NCBI GenBank assembly: GCA_034520885.1
Contig: JAXHNE010000009.1
Coordinates: forward strand, 2,431 to 66,430
Reading direction: 5' to 3'
Source: Candidatus Saccharimonadota bacterium
Lineage (GTDB): Bacteria > Patescibacteriota > Saccharimonadia > Saccharimonadales > JAXHNE01
Length of the DNA: 64,000 nucleotides
The notes below the pieces were generated by a model. That model ran no database searches. It had not been told where the DNA came from and saw nothing but the letters and a program-made list of their open reading frames with translations. Of this stretch, positions 61,883 through 64,000 are shown in pieces (the first letter of the stretch is position 1; each line of letters opens with the position of its first letter). The translations under genes were made by a program, and so were the position numbers.

Positions 61883-64000
61883 ATGTCACGGTGGTACGAA
61901 CTTAGCCCAAAGGCCGTTTTAAAAAAACAGGACGTTTCCATTGACAAGGGGCTGTCACGTGAAGAAGCGGCAAAACGCCTAAAACAATACGGCCGCAACG
62001 AGCTGCATGGCCGAAAAAGAATAAATCCTCTCAAGCTTTTTATAAGCCAGTTCAAAGACGTGCTTATTATTATTTTGATTATCGCGGCGTTGGTTTCGTT
62101 CGGCGTTTCTTTTCTTGAAGAAGGCGGGAGCCAAAAAGAATCATTACTGATATTAGCAATCGTTTTGGCCATTGCGTTGGTCGGGTTTTTTAACGAATTC
62201 AAAGCAGAAAAAACGGTAGAAGCTTTAAGTAAATTGGTCGGATTCAAGGCCAGGGTACGCCGCCAAGGTGAAATTGCCGAAATTGACGCCACGGCGGTTG
62301 TCCCGGGAGATGTCGTGTTGCTGGAGGCGGGCCAAAAAATACCCGCCGACGTACGTATTTTAGAGGCCAACGAGTTACGAGCGAACGAAGCTTCACTTAC
62401 CGGCGAATCCGTACCGGTTGCCAAAAATGCCTCCGTACAAAAAGGTAATCTGCCGCTGGGCGATCAAAAATCCATGCTGTTCGCCGGCACGCTGCTGACC
62501 AGCGGGAGTGGCGTTGGCGTGGTGGTAGCGACCGCTCAGAATACCGAAATCGGCAAAATCGCGCAGCTGGTAAACGACGTGGAAGCCGAACCCACCCCAA
62601 TGCAGGAAAAGCTGGACAGGCTGGGTAAAAAGCTCGGGTATGTCATTGCCGCCATCTGCGCGTTGGTGTTTTTCATTATTTTCTTTTTCGTGAAGGAACC
62701 GGACGAGACTTTCCTGCACCATACGATTTTTGCCTTTACCGCGGCGGTCGCCCTGGCCGTGGCCGCGATACCTGAAGGGTTGGCGTTCGTGGTGCGTATT
62801 AGCTTGGCACTCGGTGCCCGGCGCATGGCGGGTAAAAAAGCTTTGGTGCGCAAACTCTCCGCCGTGGAAGCATTGGGGTCAACGGACGTGATTTGTTCCG
62901 ACAAAACCGGCACTCTCACCAAAGGGGAGATGACCGTACGTAAGCTGTGGGTCAATCAAACGGAGGTAGAAGTAAGCGGCTCGGGCTATGAAACCCAAGG
63001 GTCGTTCAGTAAAACGCCGAAATCCATGGAGCGTCTCCTGCGTATCGGGGTGCTTTGTAACAACGCCAATTTACGTAAATCGCGAGTGATCGGCGATCCT
63101 ACCGAAGGGTCGCTTATCGTTTCCGCCGCCAAAGCCAAGCTCGAGGCTTCCGAACTACATAAGGCAATGCCACGCGTAAAAGAAATCCCGTTCAGCTCGG
63201 AACGTAAAATGATGACCACAATCCATAAGTCCGGTAAAGACTACTTGGTGGCTACCAAAGGCGCCAAGGAGGCGGTACTGGCCAAGTGTACGCATTATCT
63301 CGGTAAGGACGGTAAAAGCCACAAACTGACCGCCAAAGCGCGTAAAACTATTACCGAACAGAACGCGGCGTACGCTTCCGAAGCTTTGCGAGTCCTGGCC
63401 TTCGCCTACAAGGAAACCAAAACCGAGCCGAAAGGCAACACGGCAGAGGCGGGGCTTACGTTTATCGGCCTGCAGGCCATGATGGATCCGCCCCGCAAAG
63501 AAGTTATCGAAGTCATTCACCGCGTACAGGCCGAAGCCGGCATGCGCGTGATTATGATTACCGGCGACTATATAGAAACCGCCAAAGCGATCGCCGACGA
63601 GATCGGGTTGAAAGGCCAAGCCATTTCCGGCCCGGAACTGGACAAACTCAACCAAAAAGATTTCGAAGCCCAGGTAGAGGATATCAGCGTGTACGCCCGG
63701 GTTAATCCGGAACACAAAATTCGTATCGTCAAAGCCCTTAAACGGCACGACCACCAAGTGGCGATGACCGGGGACGGGGTCAACGACGCTCCGGCAATCA
63801 AGGCCGCGGATATCGGCATTGCCATGGGAATTACCGGTACCGACGTTTCCAAAGAGGCCGCGGATCTTATTTTGCTGGACGATCAGTTCCTGACCATCGT
63901 TAACGCCATCGAGGAAGGCCGGGGCATTTTCGATAACGTTCGCAAGTTCGTTAACTTCCTTATTAGCTGTAATATCGCGGAGGTCATTGCCGTGGTCGTG
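61883..64000 (+). CDS. P-type cation-transporting ATPase (type II, Ca2+/Mg2+-like), 3'-truncated by window end
   Basis: Not in the ORF track because no stop lies inside the window. ATG 61883 and the frame stays open for 706 codons: MSRWYELSPKAVLKKQDVSIDKGLSREEAAKRLKQYGRNEL.., ..EASLTGESVPV.., phosphorylation site ICSDKTGTLT (about 62890), ..MITGD.., ..TGDGVNDAPA... Confidence 0.9.
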   Translation, partial: MSRWYELSPKAVLKKQDVSIDKGLSREEAAKRLKQYGRNELHGRKRINPLKLFISQFKDVLIIILIIAALVSFGVSFLEEGGSQKESLLILAIVLAIALVGFFNEFKAEKTVEALSKLVGFKARVRRQGEIAEIDATAVVPGDVVLLEAGQKIPADVRILEANELRANEASLTGESVPVAKNASVQKGNLPLGDQKSMLFAGTLLTSGSGVGVVVATAQNTEIGKIAQLVNDVEAEPTPMQEKLDRLGKKLGYVIAAICALVFFIIFFFVKEPDETFLHHTIFAFTAAVALAVAAIPEGLAFVVRISLALGARRMAGKKALVRKLSAVEALGSTDVICSDKTGTLTKGEMTVRKLWVNQTEVEVSGSGYETQGSFSKTPKSMERLLRIGVLCNNANLRKSRVIGDPTEGSLIVSAAKAKLEASELHKAMPRVKEIPFSSERKMMTTIHKSGKDYLVATKGAKEAVLAKCTHYLGKDGKSHKLTAKARKTITEQNAAYASEALRVLAFAYKETKTEPKGNTAEAGLTFIGLQAMMDPPRKEVIEVIHRVQAEAGMRVIMITGDYIETAKAIADEIGLKGQAISGPELDKLNQKDFEAQVEDISVYARVNPEHKIRIVKALKRHDHQVAMTGDGVNDAPAIKAADIGIAMGITGTDVSKEAADLILLDDQFLTIVNAIEEGRGIFDNVRKFVNFLISCNIAEVIAVVV

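Noticed and set aside
61810-63852. Several minus-strand ORFs (204, 109, 139, 77, 200 and 94 aa)
   Set aside because: All are antisense shadows of the + strand P-type ATPase gene. That gene is missing from the track only because it has no stop within the window, and it contains unambiguous motifs (DKTGTLT, TGDGVNDAPA).

Overview
Gene-dense bacterial chromosomal fragment with about 62 supported CDS, one tRNA and no rRNA, transposase, integrase or cas genes. The gene content (many small unknown proteins, a four-helix-bundle gene, reduced metabolism, envelope-focused genes) suggests a reduced-genome CPR/Patescibacteria (Saccharibacteria-like) organism, but this is inference only. Layout: (i) 1-21.6 kb is a cell-envelope glycan locus. 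It holds glycosyltransferases, two polytopic GT-C-like membrane proteins, a methyltransferase, a flippase-like protein, GDP-mannose/UDP-glucose/UDP-galactose/UDP-glucuronate nucleotide-sugar genes, a WbaP-type priming transferase and GtrA, and opens with a secreted protein carrying two tandem bulb-type mannose lectin domains. (ii) 21.6-40 kb is mixed housekeeping: ABC exporter, uppP, nadD, antiporter, DsbA-like, CBS/CNNM, GGDEF, aspS, a TolB-like surface protein and a DNA glycosylase. (iii) 40.5-43.7 kb is a visibly AT-richer island with a Gmk-like kinase, IspH and type-2 IPP isomerase. (iv) 43.7-52.2 kb is housekeeping: mscS, tsaC, MazG, Nudix, MurC-like, MFS, ABC-2 exporter. (v) 52.2-55.4 kb holds a CrtI-like/CruF-like/UbiA-prenyltransferase trio that resembles a C50 (bacterioruberin-type) carotenoid module. 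(vi) 55.4-64 kb has Dus, a MauE-like protein, tRNA-Met, a disulfide reductase, an ATP-cone protein, CcdA-like and a 3'-truncated P-type ATPase. The most unusual signal is not a gene. It is a recurring composite DNA element, a short junction hairpin followed by 4-5 tandem heptamers (TGGAANN), present in six copies between 10.0 and 19.5 kb. Two inverted copies bracket a four-helix-bundle (23S-IVS/Avd-family) gene inserted in the glycan operon. One perfect (TGGAAGG)4 array sits in the first codons of a glycosyltransferase. Two further copies lie in frame inside that same gene. A tandemly duplicated copy builds a chain of ATGA-coupled leader ORFs in front of a GT2 gene. Other items worth follow-up are a cobalamin-riboswitch-like leader in front of an unknown Cys-cluster protein and a 42-bp perfect AT-rich palindrome in a hairpin-rich 425-bp spacer.
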